This document shows positions 12,516 through 24,877 of a DNA stretch of 64,000 nucleotides, in pieces. The position numbers and the translations under genes are program-made. How positions within the stretch are numbered: the first letter of the stretch is position 1; every line of letters begins with the position of its first letter. Source of the stretch: Octopus sinensis. Taxonomy: Eukaryota. Below the pieces are notes generated by a model. The model worked only from the letters and a program-made list of their open reading frames with translations, was not told where the DNA came from and did not search any database. The DNA is taken from NCBI RefSeq assembly GCF_006345805.1, contig NW_021830465.1, positions 1 to 64,000 of the forward strand, written 5' to 3'.

Positions 12516-12546
<31 letters not shown>

Positions 12547-12555
12547 GATAGATAG

Positions 12556-12591
<36 letters not shown>
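12310..12591. repeat. Compound (TA)n/(TG)n/(ATAG)n microsatellite
   Basis: Direct reading. Confidence 0.95.
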
Positions 12592-12592
<1 letters not shown>

Positions 12593-12756
12593 TGTTTCTT
12601 TATTAGCCACACAGGGCTGCACACAGATAGAACAAATTACAAGGTAGAGCTTTTGCTTTTGAAGGTTTAAAAAAAAAAAAAAAAAAAAAAAAAGGAAAAG
12701 GGGAGTTTCGATCAAAAGGGATCGTAAAAGGAGAGAAAGAGGACAAAAAAAAGGGG

Positions 12757-12794
<38 letters not shown>

Positions 12795-12938
12795 AGAGGA
12801 AAAAAAAATTGATCAATAGGGATCGTTATCACAGAAATGTCAATATGAAGTGTAAAGGGGAGGACAGGTGAGGTTTACCCGTGGAAAGAAAAGCCTACGG
12901 AAAAGACCACGGTAACCTCGGTCAATGAAGTCACATTT

Positions 12939-12976
<38 letters not shown>

Positions 12977-15604
12977 AAATAAGCAACTCTCTGTTTTCGA
13001 TTTCTGGGTTCATAGGACTATGCTCAAGGTGGCTTCGTCATTCATACGTGCCATTCTTGCTACATTCACCCATCTTTTTTTAAAACATTCGCTAGACAAA
13101 ACTTGCCTCTCTACTCTCACTTTCCTTTTCAAGTGGTACTTGAAGAAGTTGATGAGAGATTGACCAGAGAGGAAAGTGTTTGTCTCCAATCCTTTCAGAC
13201 GCGTCCACCAGATACATTCTTTCGCCATAGCCACAAGGATGATGAAAATAGCTCTTCCTTCCCGTTTGAAGGAAGGAGGCGTGACAATATTGACGATAGA
13301 CTCAGCTGAAACCGACTCGTCCCACACGTGACAGCAGTTGTTCGACATAAGCCCACAGGTCGGAAATTGTTGGACACTGAACGAGTGCGTGCAGAACGGT
13401 TTCGTCGCTCTGACCGCATCTCGGGCAGGTCGGCCCCGTGTTTCTCGAGCCGTGTCTGTAGAGCTTATCCCGAACGGGTAGCGCTTCTCGGTAGCACTGC
13501 CAGGCCAGGGATCTGGAAGTTGTCCATGGGCCCTGGCCCGAAAGTCGTCCCGAACAGGCGGGTCAGGTACTCCTCGTCGACGTCCAGGTTCGCCCCGAGC
13601 TCGTCGTCGTACCTCCCCTCCACTAAACCCTATATAGAATGCTTTGGTTGTGTTGAAGTCACTTAAGGTCGACCCAGGACGGCAGAGTTGCTTGAGAGCA
13701 ACGCGACACTCGCGGTGCCATTCGCCCTTCTCGGCCTTTTTTGATCCACGACTGCAGTTCGGTCATGGAGACGAGCTGCGGAAAGCGTGCCTCACAAACG
13801 GCGACCACACCTGTTCACCGTCGTCTACATAGAGCCGGAGATGTCGCAGTCTCAGCGCGTGTCTGCGCATCATCAACCACGGCATGCCCAGCCCTCCTTT
13901 TAACGGGTGTTGACAGCAATGGATCGCCTGACCATCGGGACGCATCCTTTCCACAAGAAGCGAAAGAGGATGCGTTGTAGTTTGGTGATGGTAGGGTCGG
14001 GACAAGGTACGACGGTCAGGCGGTAGTAGAGATGACGGACGCGATGTACGTGTTCGCCACCTCCGCTCGACCTTTTAGGGACAGTTTCCTCTCGGCCCAT
14101 TGCCGGGCGAGAGTGACCACCCTACTCGTTATCTCGTTCCAGTTCTTCTCCACTTGGAGGTCCGGACCAAACCAGACCCCGAGCAACTCAACCGGGCCGT
14201 CGGTCCAGCGTCCCACGACGGAGGCGCTGGTGGACGGCATGGGCTTGCTTCTCCAGGTGCCTAGTCGCAAGCCCACTGACTTTTCCCGGTTGATTTTCGC
14301 TCCTGTCACCGCTTCGTAGTTTTTCAGTGTCTCACCGACCAGCTCGATGTGCTCGTGGCTTGACACTATGACGGTGACGTCGTCCGCGTATGCAGACACG
14401 CTCGTCCCGCATCCCAATTCTCGCGGGATGCCCCTTAGAGTCGCCAGCTTCCGCGCAGTAGTGGCTCAAGAGTCAATACGTATAGAAGCGCCGAGAGGGG
14501 GCATCCCTGACGGACCGAACGTGCAATGTCGAAAGGTCTCGATAGATGTCCATTTACGCGAATTACCGAACGGATGCCTCTGTACAAGGCAGCTATCCAG
14601 CCGCGGAAGACGGGACCGAAACCAGCCGCTCTCAGGACTGCCCCCAAGTATCGATGGTCTACCCTATCAAAGGCTTTCGATTGATCCAAGTTGATCAGGG
14701 CCCCACCCATGCCAGGTTCGTTAACTACCCTGTCTATGATGTAGCGCATCAGATGGAGGTTGTCATGGATGGTCCGGCCTGGCACGGCGCATGTTTGCGC
14801 CTTGTCGACCATTTTCTCGATGACAAGCGCCAACCTCTTGGCTAACACCTTGGCCAAAATTTTCAAGTCTGCATTAAGCAGAGTGATGGGCCTAAAGTTA
14901 TCTATTACATTTCCCTTGTTTAGATCTTTCTTCAGCAGTGTACGGCTCCTCGCTCACAAAACCAGGAATGCTCCCGTTTTGCTGCCAGTTGCAGTACACC
15001 GCCGCCAAGAGATCTCCAAACAAGTCTGGCATACAATTGTAAAGCTCGTAGGGCAGACCATCCAAACCCGGTGATTTGTCCCTCGAGCATTCTGCCATCG
15101 CTTCCCGCACTTCCGCCGCCGTGATGGCACCTTCGCAGCACCCTGCCTTTCTTGTCGAGAGTCGTGGTAGGCTATGTAGGTAGGCACTGAAGTCCACCCT
15201 ACGTTCTTGCCCTCCACTCGTTCCGAACAGTCGGGCAAAATGTTGCTGAAAGGCCTCACACATTTTATTTGGCTCGAGCAATTCGCGCCCCTGTTCATCT
15301 ACCAGTGACCGAATGGTGGCTTTGTTGCCCTGTTGCGCCTCTGCCACCCGGGCCTCTCTCGCGGCTCCAACACCTTCGTTCCTTAGAGCACGCATCCTAG
15401 CTCTGACAGCACATCCTTCGTGTTTGGCGTTGAAGTGTTGGTCGAGGGCCAACCTCGCCGCCAAAACGTCGGATGCGATGCCGCTTCTAATTGCCTCTTC
15501 TAGCTTCTTAACTAGCTCACCCTCTACTCTATTTCTATCTATGGCTAGTGCTTTGCTGTACCTAATCGCTTCTGCTTTTACTGCTCTCTTGAGGGCAAAC
15601 CACC

Positions 15605-15605
<1 letters not shown>
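12592..15605 (-). mobile_element. 5'-truncated Tx1/L1-clade non-LTR retrotransposon (frameshifted ORF2: RT and zf-RVT) inserted in (GATA)n
   Basis: ORFs 14898-15605 (KSPGLDGLPYELY), 14435-14866 (LDQSKAFDRVDH, RQGCPLS), 14016-14417 (YADD) and C-terminal pieces; GC-rich island with ATAG repeats at both ends. Confidence 0.93.
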
Positions 15606-15638
<33 letters not shown>

Positions 15639-16059
15639 GGATGGATAGATATACATGCATACATATATTAGATAGATAGACATGTACAGAAGCACGTACA
15701 GACACCACAGATACACACGCACACAGAAACAAACACACACACATATATGAAAATAAGTGACAGAATGTCAAGTAGTAAAGCAGTATGACGGTTTCAAGCG
15801 GCCCTATTTAAATGAACAATGTAATCATTACACCAATTTAAAAACAGCACTATCTTCAGCCGCACAATATATAGATTTTCAACAGACAAGGTGCATTAAT
15901 ATATTTTATTCTTAAATATTTTAACAGTTCAAGAGTATGGAAGAATTTCATGTGGTCACTATTGCAGCAAGAATAGCTAAGAGAAGAATAAGCTAGAGTG
16001 TCATAGAATACAGTGGAGGTCATAGGGTTGTAATTCATTTCCAATTTGTTTATCTTCTT

Positions 16060-16290
16060 ATCGTCAACAGAAAATACAAGACTAGAAGACTACGTGTATT
16101 TAGAAGAAAGAGCAAAGCGAGTGAACATATTTAAATGATACATTAGTTCAAATATATTGAAAATATACTTTGTTACTCGTTTATACAATTTGATATCAAC
16201 AGTTATTATCCTAGTATATCTCCTATTCTCCTCAACAAATCCTTGATTTTCGCTAAAGCTATCTCTCTCACAAATAAGGGAAAATATATA
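16060..16290 (+). mobile_element. Penelope-like RT fragment
   Basis: FIQFDINSYYPSISPILLNKSLIFAK, typical of the PLE RT motif. Confidence 0.6.
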
Positions 16291-16334
16291 TTATTCTTTT
16301 AGCTTGGAAAACTATCATAGAAATATACATATAC

Positions 16335-16365
<31 letters not shown>

Positions 16366-16839
16366 CATATATATACATATGGGTAAGGTAGAATTTTCTA
16401 ATTCTTATGCTTTCCTAAAACTTGATTTCGAAACGTCCGTCCGTAGGTAACTTAAAATTGTATGATAGATTGCCGTCATTTCATTCTTTCTTACCTGTCT
16501 GTGTTTGCCTTTCAAGTACTGTGTTTTTACTGAGATCTCCCTTTTAGTAGAAAGAATAGCTATAACTCTTTGACTGCTATTTCTAAATTCGGTGTGTGGT
16601 GAGGCAATTCGTTGCTAAACCCTTAATTGCTTAGTATTACTTAAATTTTCCTCGAATGAGGCTTTTACATGCCGAAATCTACTTGGTGTAATTAATAATT
16701 ATTCCAAATTAATTAATTTCACCCTTTATTGTTACTGATATATATACATATATATATACATATATATATAAAACCCTTTTTGTATATGTGTCTGTATGTA
16801 ATATTTTTATACTATCAAACCTACATCTATCAGTACACA

Positions 16840-17300
16840 CTTTTCATGGTTGTTAAATTTTTTCCTGTATACTTATATTTAATTATGTCTATCTATTATC
16901 ATTTGTCTTATTATCCTGCTTCTGATTCCTAACTTTCACTCAATAGATAGTATGTATATTTCTTTACAGATAATTTCCATATGTAAGCGGTTTGCGTGGT
17001 CTTTATAGTAACCACCTTATAATTAATTAAGTAAAGATGAGCTATTAAGTTGATTCTACATAATAGTAATCTTTCTAATGTTCAAATTGATCTATATATG
17101 CCTCTTAGCTAACTTGTTTATAATATGCCTTTCTAGAATTTTTTAACTTTTATTTTTATACAACATAATATTTGTTTATAAACGTCCTCCCACTGAGTCC
17201 CTAATGTTTCCCTGGATCTCAATGTAACATACTAAGTCTCATAGTGTATGCCCCTTTAACAGGTAACAACGACATGAATTAATGTCACCCCTACCCTACC
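16840..17300 (-). mobile_element. Penelope-like GIY-YIG C-terminal remnant
   Basis: YIWKLSVKKIYILSIE*K motif and upstream AYIDQFEH, in degenerate frames. Confidence 0.45.
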
Positions 17301-17987
17301 TCTTTTATAGATATTTACTGCTATCTAATGGACTCTTTCTAAAGTTTTGTGTCTCTCTCTTGTAACAGTATGAAAATTACGACCAACAGCCAGCTATGAG
17401 CTGTCAACTCACTTTACTCTTTATTCTACATATAAGCAGTCGTCTAATCTTAAATTTTTTGTTGATGATAAGGAGATAGATAAATTGGAAATGAATTACA
17501 ACAGTAGGACCCCACTGTGTTCTAAAAATTGTACTTTGTTCTTCTCTTAGAAATTCTTGCTGCAATAGTGACAACATGAAATTCTTTCATCCTCTTGCTC
17601 TGTTAAAATATTTAAGAAATATTATATTGATATATATTGTATATTGAAAAGCCATATTCGTGCAGCTGAAGATAGCGCTTAATTTTAAACAGATGTAATG
17701 ATTACGTTGTTCAATTAAATGCATCCGCTTGAAACGGCCGTACTGCTTTACTACTTGATAACTTGTTATTTATTTCGATTTTATTCACCTCATCTCGAGC
17801 TGTGCGGATAAATCCGAACTGACTTGGTGCTTCGACTTAAGGGCCTAATTTATCTGAATCTTAATTACGTATGTATATATATAGAGAGAGAGATGGAGAG
17901 AGAGAGAGAAAGAGAGGGAGGGAGAAAGATAATAAGAGAGAAATGCTGAAATTATTGCTAAGTAAAAAGGTAAAAGGAAAGAAGCCC

Positions 17988-18290
17988 TTCGGTCGTGAAT
18001 GATCACAGGATTGCTCCTAGAAAGTTCCCCTCCAAGGCACAAGTCTGGGCAAGGTTTCTACGGAAGATCAACAGCAGTCGCCCATGTATACCAGCCTTCT
18101 CTCTCAACACCACCGATGTTATTGAAGGAAAGACAAAGGGGCCAATACAGCACCAGGGACTCTGCAACTCATTCCTACAACTGACAGAACTGGAGCAACG
18201 TGAAATAAAGCATCTTGCTCAAGCGCACAACACACAACCCGGTCTTGGTATGGAACTCACCACCTCATGACGGTGAGCCCAACGCTCAGG
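17988..18290 (-). mobile_element. tRNA-derived SINE family C
   Basis: ggactggagcaacgtgaaataaag...cttgctcaag core, also at 48540-48680, 48830-48985, 49150-49345 and 51350-51600. Confidence 0.75.
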
Positions 18291-18562
18291 ATACGCCTTC
18301 ATTTGCTAGGCAGTCAGCTGATATTAAAAGAAGGGTTAAAGCGTTAAAACTGATATCGTTTTTCTGGCGTTCATTGAATATGGTTTGACTTGAGAAGAGA
18401 ACCTAGACACAAAATTTATATGACAAGGGAATCTACTTTATAACTGCTACTGTCAACATCCATTAGTAATGATTATTTATTTAGACACGGGTCAAGAAAA
18501 TCATCGGGAGAATGGGATGGGATTATGGCATTAAATGCGTCTTTGTTGGAACATTTGTGATT

Positions 18563-19440
18563 TACGTGAAGTCAATTTGGGGCTGTTCCTCTTTCCACAA
18601 AGAGGATAATTGTAACGAAGATGACAACGATGCTGCTGTTGATGCTGCCGATGATGGTGATGATGACGAAATGCTGATGACGACGGCGACGATGATGATA
18701 ATAATGAGGATTATAATGATGATGGTGATGATGATGTTGAAAATAATTATGATGATGATGATGAAGATGATAACAATGGCGATGGTGATGATGACGATGA
18801 TGACGACGATGATGATGACGATAATAAGGATTATAATGATGATGGTGATGATGATGATGATGGCGATGAAGTCAATTGGTTTCGTTCCTCTTTCCACAAA
18901 AGATAATTGTAACCAAGACGACGGTGATGATGACGACAACGATGCTGCTGCTGCTGCTGCAGCCGTTAATGATGATGATGTAGATGAAGATGATGGTGAG
19001 GATGATGATGATAATGATGACGATGATGAAGATGATGATGGTGAAGATGAAAGCGATGGCGATGGTGATGATAACGACAACGATGATGATGACGACGACG
19101 ACGACGATGATGATGATGTTGATGGTGAAGATGATAACGATGGCGATGGTGATGATGACGACGATGATGATGACGACGACGATGATGATGTCGATAATGA
19201 GGATTATAATGATGACGAAAATGATGATGATGATGATGATGATGATGATACCGATGAAGTCAATTGGGTTTGTTCCTCTTTCCACAAGGAGGTTAAACGT
19301 AACGAAGACGGCGATGATGATGACGCTTATGATGACGACGACGACGACGACGATGATCATGATGATCATTGTCATGATGGTGGTGATGGTGGTAGTTGTG
19401 ATAATGATGATGGTTATGATGATGACTTCGATAATGTCTG
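18563..19440. repeat. Composite minisatellite: 3 copies of a ~55-bp anchor, each followed by degenerate (GAT)n
   Basis: gaagtcaatt..gttcctctttccacaa..gtaac at about 18565, 18866 and 19254. Confidence 0.85.
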
Positions 19441-19753
19441 CAATAAATGCACGTGATTTAGGCACGAGTCCAGCAACTTTGACTCGGAGTAGGTTGGTGA
19501 ATGCAATCGAAACGTAGTATTAGTCTGGTACTTATTTTTTATCAGCCCCCCCCTGTCCCCATTGCCCTCTCACAGCCAAAAGGGATGACAGGCAAAGTTG
19601 ACCTCGGGGAAATTTAAACCTGGTCAATAGTTTGCTTCTCATGGGCAAGTGTCTTCTACTATATGTGGGGGCCGTCGCAATCCTTTTCAGTGGATTTCAT
19701 AGAAGGAAACTGAAAGAAACCCGTATTTTATAGGTGTGTATATACGTATATGA

Positions 19754-19799
<46 letters not shown>

Positions 19800-19803
19800 A
19801 TCT

Positions 19804-20215
19804 TATTTCTTGATTGCCCACAAGAGGCTAAACATAGAGGGGACAAACAAGGACAGACAACGGGATTAAGTCGATTACATATATCCCAGTGCATAACTGG
19901 TACTTAATTTATCGACCCCGAAAGGATGAAAGGCCGAGTCGACCTAGCCGAAATTTGAACTTACGACATGGTGGCAGACGAAATACCTATTTCTTTACTA
20001 CTCACAAGGGGCTAAACAAAGAGAGGACAAAAAAGGGCAAACAAACGGATTAAGTCGATTATATCGACCCCAGTGCGTAACTGGTACTTATTTAATCGAC
20101 CCCGAAAGAATGAAAGGCAAAGTCAACCTCGGCGGAATTTGAACTCACAACGTAACGGCAGACGAAATACCGCGAAGCATTTCGCCCGGTGTGCTAACGT
20201 TTCTGCCAGCTCGCC
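19804..20215 (-). mobile_element. Dimeric SINE family A
   Basis: Head-core-tail-core arrangement with junction aaagaaatag|gtatttcgtctgc at about 19986. Confidence 0.8.
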
Positions 20216-20719
20216 GTCTTAATAATAATAATGATAATCGTTTTTACTAAAGGGATAAGGCCTAAAATTTCTGGTTAGGGGACTAATTGATTACATCGAC
20301 CTCATGCTTCGCTGCTACTTAATTTAACCAGTATAATAATATGAATTATAATCAAAGGGTATGTAACTTTTGATGAGGTAGGAATTACCTAACTATGCAT
20401 TTGAAAACTGGAACTGGAGTACTCTGAAAAAGAAACCTTCATGTTTCAACAGAGAAGAATGTGGCTGCGGCAAAGCATTATGGATTACAGAGGGCAAGAC
20501 GAGCCTCGTGATCCACTGCATCTCTCTCCATTCAAGATCACCTTGACTTCGTCTTGCCTCTAAGTTGATGATGGTCACGGACGTGAGAATACAGTTGATG
20601 GCGCATAACTCTCCATAATAAGCAAAATCACTGTATAAGACATCAGTTATCCTTTACCCATGATGACTTGATCATCATCGTATTTCTGACTGATGAACAT
20701 GAAATATAATTAATTTCCA

Positions 20720-21000
20720 GATAATGCAATCAGAGAATTAGAATACAGCCGCATATGTACATACTACGGAATAGATGGAACTGATTAGATGCACCAGATG
20801 AAGAATGGAGGAGTAAAGTAAAGAAACCGTATAGTAGAATGTAGAATTGCGTGTTTAATGTGGAAAATTGAAATCCATGCTGGAAATATAATAGGTATCA
20901 ATGCAGTAAATATCGCAGTTATAAAGTACAACTTCGGTGTAATAAATTGAAAGTTAAATGAATTGACGAGCTTAGAAAAGTAGAAATCTGTTCACCGAAT
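20720..21000 (+). mobile_element. Degenerate R4/Dong-like RT fragment
   Basis: AGNIIGINAVNIAVIKYNFGVIN*KLNEL resembles the post-RT region of R4-clade elements. Confidence 0.45.
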
Positions 21001-21590
21001 TTGAAGTCAACCATTTTAAATGTTATATTGATTGGATATATTGACTATGCGTAAGGGGAAAACAAAGTTTGAAAGCAATAGAAAAGTAATAATGGTGGGA
21101 CCCAAACGAATATTCAGAAGAAAGTAAAGTGAAAATAATTGGTGTAATCAGAAAACATTAAGGAAAACCAGGAAAAATGTGAAGAGATTTCCGAAGCCAT
21201 CAAATCCGATGTATACAGTGTCCATATATTTGACTCAATGTGAGAATAGGTCTGATAAAAATGAGAAAACTACAACAAAATAACAAGTGTAGTACTTAGG
21301 AGAAATATCATATTTCAGGTATATAAAAATCAGTCGGGAAAAGGGAAATAACAAGAACGTTAGTGTTTATATGAAAGAACGATGAAAACATGCAACAGAT
21401 GTAATAGTTATAGTAAGAAATAGCAGCTCCACATCTTAAAAGTTCGCGATTCTTTCTTAGACTTGGATATTGAATTCACATTTGCCTGTAGTTGGGATTA
21501 AACCAGAATTTTAAGCAACGTTGAATTACGACATAGCATTCCTTTCTGTGTGAACGGGATCTGTTCCTGATTAAATTTAGCGGGAGGAGG

Positions 21591-21764
21591 GAATGCTAAG
21601 ACATGTCTCGACCTCTGCTCTGAGGCTTATGCATCTGTAGGTTTTTTGTAAAATGTTCCAAAATTTTCACTGATATTGAATGCTTAGACATGTCTCGACC
21701 TCTGCTCTGAGGCTTATGCATCTGTGGTGTTTTGTAAGATGTTCCAAAATTTTCACTGATATTG
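21591..21764. repeat. 87-bp tandem duplication (2 copies)
   Basis: gaatgct(a/t)agacatgtctcgacctctgctctgagg... repeated at 21591 and 21678. Confidence 0.9.
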
Positions 21765-22010
21765 ACATAAAGGCCACTCTTCTCTATTTTCACTGGGCCC
21801 TTAGCATATCTGAAAGCTTCTCTCTATAATACAAATTCAGGAAAGCTGGCTACCTGGTTGTAATTCGACAGTCAATCCTCAGCGATATTGTTCTCTATCA
21901 TTGTAGCGGCGGTGGTGCTGCTGGTGGCAGTGCTGGCGGTGTCACAGCATTCATTAGCGCTACTCTTGCTATTGCTGCTTCTGTTTCTTCTTCCTCCTTC
22001 TTCTTCTTCT

Positions 22011-22484
22011 AACCAAGACTCACGCCATTAGCCACAAAGAATAATCTCTAATTCGAGCCTACTCTAAGCTACTGAGAATGCGTGTGGCAACTTGAAGATC
22101 CATTCACCACACGCGATAGACTGGCGGTTGCATGGGCGCGAGAGCTACGTTGTTATCCTCATTCCGTAAACGGTGGCTTTTAAAGGGTGGAGAGCTGAAC
22201 CATCCTGGGGTACAGAGGATTCGCAATCTAGACTAAGGTCTTAAAGTTTACAAGACCATAGTGGGTTACACCATGGCTCCTCTGTTTTTGTGGCAGAAGT
22301 AGGGAGGAAGAGTGAAAGAAAGTTGTGGTGAAAGAGCACAGCGGTGTTCACTCCCCCCCCCCACTGGTGTCTCGTGGAGCTTAGGTGCTTTTGCCCAATA
22401 AACACTCACAATGCCCGGTCTGGGAATCGAAACCACGTTCTTACGACCGCGAGTTCGCTGCCCTAGCCTCTGGGCCATAGCGCC
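22011..22484 (-). mobile_element. Full-length (GAA)n-tailed tRNA-derived SINE
   Basis: Minus-strand head ggcgctatggcccagagg (A box) ... ggtttcgattccc (B box); 3' body shared with 2885 and 60976. Confidence 0.85.
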
Positions 22485-22789
22485 TTCTGCTGCTGCTGCT
22501 ACCGTTGTGTTTTGTTGCTATTGTTATTTTTGCAGCTGTTGCTATTTTCGTCGCTGTTGGCTTATTTGGATTTATTATTAGTAATGTTGTAGTTAATGTG
22601 GTAGCTGTTGTTGTTGTTGTTGCATCTTGATCTTTTAAACGGAGTCTCAGAGGCGACGACCCAACATCCTGCACTCACTGATTCTCTCAGCGAAATGCTA
22701 TACCTTGTAACACACGAAGGAGGAGAAACGAATATATTTTCTCTAATGCGCACTTTAAATTTATACTTGCCATAAAGACGGAGAATTGG

Positions 22790-23250
22790 CGGGAAGTCGG
22801 CGAGCTAGCAGAAAGGCGACGCTCTGATAGACAAACAGATGAGATGGCAGAATCGTTAACACGCCGGGCGAAATACTTAGCGCTATTTCGTCTTCTGAGT
22901 TCAAATTCCGCCGAGGTCGATTTTGCCTTTCATCCTTTCGAGGTCGATAAATTAAGTACCAGTTACGGACTGGAGTCGATATTATCGATTAATCTCTTTG
23001 TCTGATTTGTATGTCCCCTCTATGTTTAACCCCTTGTGAGCAATAAAGAAATAAGAATCGTTAACATACTGATCCGATCAAATGCATTGTAGTATTTCTT
23101 CCGGTTTTACTTTCTAATTTCGAATTCCGCCCAGGCTGGCTTTGCCTTTCGTTTTGGAGTCGATAAAATAAGTACTAGTATAGTACTTGTGTCGATGTCA
23201 TTGACCAGCACCTTACTCGAGATTTCTAGCCGTTTGCCTATATTAGAAAA
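22790..23250 (+). mobile_element. Tandem SINE family A copies
   Basis: Family consensus. Confidence 0.8.
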
Positions 23251-23499
23251 CAGTTTGCACTTGACGTTTTAAATTTGATTAAAGGAAAAACTTACCCGAA
23301 GCTTTTGAAACGGTTATAAAAGGCCACCCCGCGGTTAAAAAGAAGAATTATAGCGGCAGATTTTTTAATGACTCGCAAAGACAATGCAAACAATTTCAAA
23401 GACCGAAATATGCAATAAACAGTTCCCTTTATTTGCTGTGAGGGCCCATTCAGTCATATGTAACGGTCATCGATATAAATGGAATAATAAAATGGCACT

Positions 23500-23699
23500 A
23501 TTTTGGCTTTAAGGGTGTCGCGAAAGGCCTAGTTGAAAGTCCAACATTCTGTATTCATTTACAGAACTTAGAAAAACTGAAGGGCCGCTGCAATAAGTGT
23601 GTGAATTTAAGAGGGGAATGTGTTGAATAAAATAATAGTTAACTGATCCTCCTGTATTTTCTGTTACCCAAATCCAGGAACTTCCCAGTACCATTCGTA
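23500..23699 (+). mobile_element. Mariner 3' end remnant
   Basis: LEKLKGRCNKCVNLRGECVE* followed by TIR-like ccaggaacttcccagtaccattcgta. Confidence 0.6.
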
Positions 23700-23914
23700 T
23701 ATATATAAAAGATTAAATCTCAAGAAAGGTTAAGGTTTGGTTTAGAAACAGAAACAACAATGCTAGGAGCGCTAAATATTGTTAAAGTATTGTTCCAAGG
23801 TTAAACAAATGAAGTAATTATTCCAACTTTTTTAATGTATAGTTTCCAAGATATTCCTAATTCTTAGAGAGTTAAGGCAACTCTTTGCGTGTTTCTCAAA
23901 CCATAAATTCTAAA

Positions 23915-23915
23915 G

Positions 23916-23951
<36 letters not shown>

Positions 23952-23969
23952 GTCGTAGTAGTAGTAGTT

Positions 23970-24034
<65 letters not shown>

Positions 24035-24035
24035 T
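23915..24035. repeat. (TAA)n/(TAG)n microsatellite
   Basis: Direct reading. Confidence 0.95.
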
Positions 24036-24877
24036 GCAGCAGCAACATGATATTCTATTTGGAAAAATGCGCCAAGGACCCATTGAAAATAAGGAAAGGA
24101 AATAAGAATGATCCGGCTAGCGTCAAATATATAACCAAAATGCAGGTGTTTCACACGTACTTGAACTGAGCTAAATGCTAAATGCTAAACGCAAAGTAAT
24201 AGTATGGATAGCCTAGCTATTCCAATAATGCTGTTATTATGATAGCTAAACTTGAATTTAAATGAATTATTAGAGCTTCTTAGGTAAGTAAGGAGATTAC
24301 TTGAATGCACAACCCAATAGCCGACATATAAAGATAACATATAAACCACGAATAGTGGAAAGACTTGCACAAGTTGAAAATCGTTATAAAATATTTACGG
24401 GGGATTTCAAAATATCTGACATTAAGTAAAGAGAAACTCATACAAACAAATGCAAAAGCATAATCAAAAAGAACAAACCTACTTTCAGTTTGAAAGTAGA
24501 CAATAGAAGCAAAGCTATACTGACGTAAGAAAAGGTTATTTTAAAAAAAGAGAATTGATAATGGAGTAGCAGGACTGTATAGTTAACAAGTTCGCTTGCC
24601 AATCACACGCTTTCGAGTTTAGTCCTTTACTTCAACACCCTGAGCAAATGTCTTCTACTTTGATGAGGTTAACCTAACCTCTAATCGAATTTATACATAT
24701 ATATACCAGCCTGAAGAAAATTCTAACTGGGTCCCACCTGTAAGCTCATGCGCTGTTTACCTTGATATGAGATCATTATGTTGCACACATATCGTTGGGA
24801 TGCATGTGCCTGGTGTACCCTTATGAGATGGGTAGTCAAGATGGGTGTATTGGGCTCCATATATTTTATCCAAGTGT

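Noticed and set aside
12660-12975. Long homopolymer runs in the LINE 3'UTR
   Set aside because: Absent or short in the sister copy; slippage or sequencing artefact.
18563-19300. Regularly spaced anchors suggesting a CRISPR-like array
   Set aside because: Only three copies, spacers are microsatellite, eukaryotic context, no cas genes.
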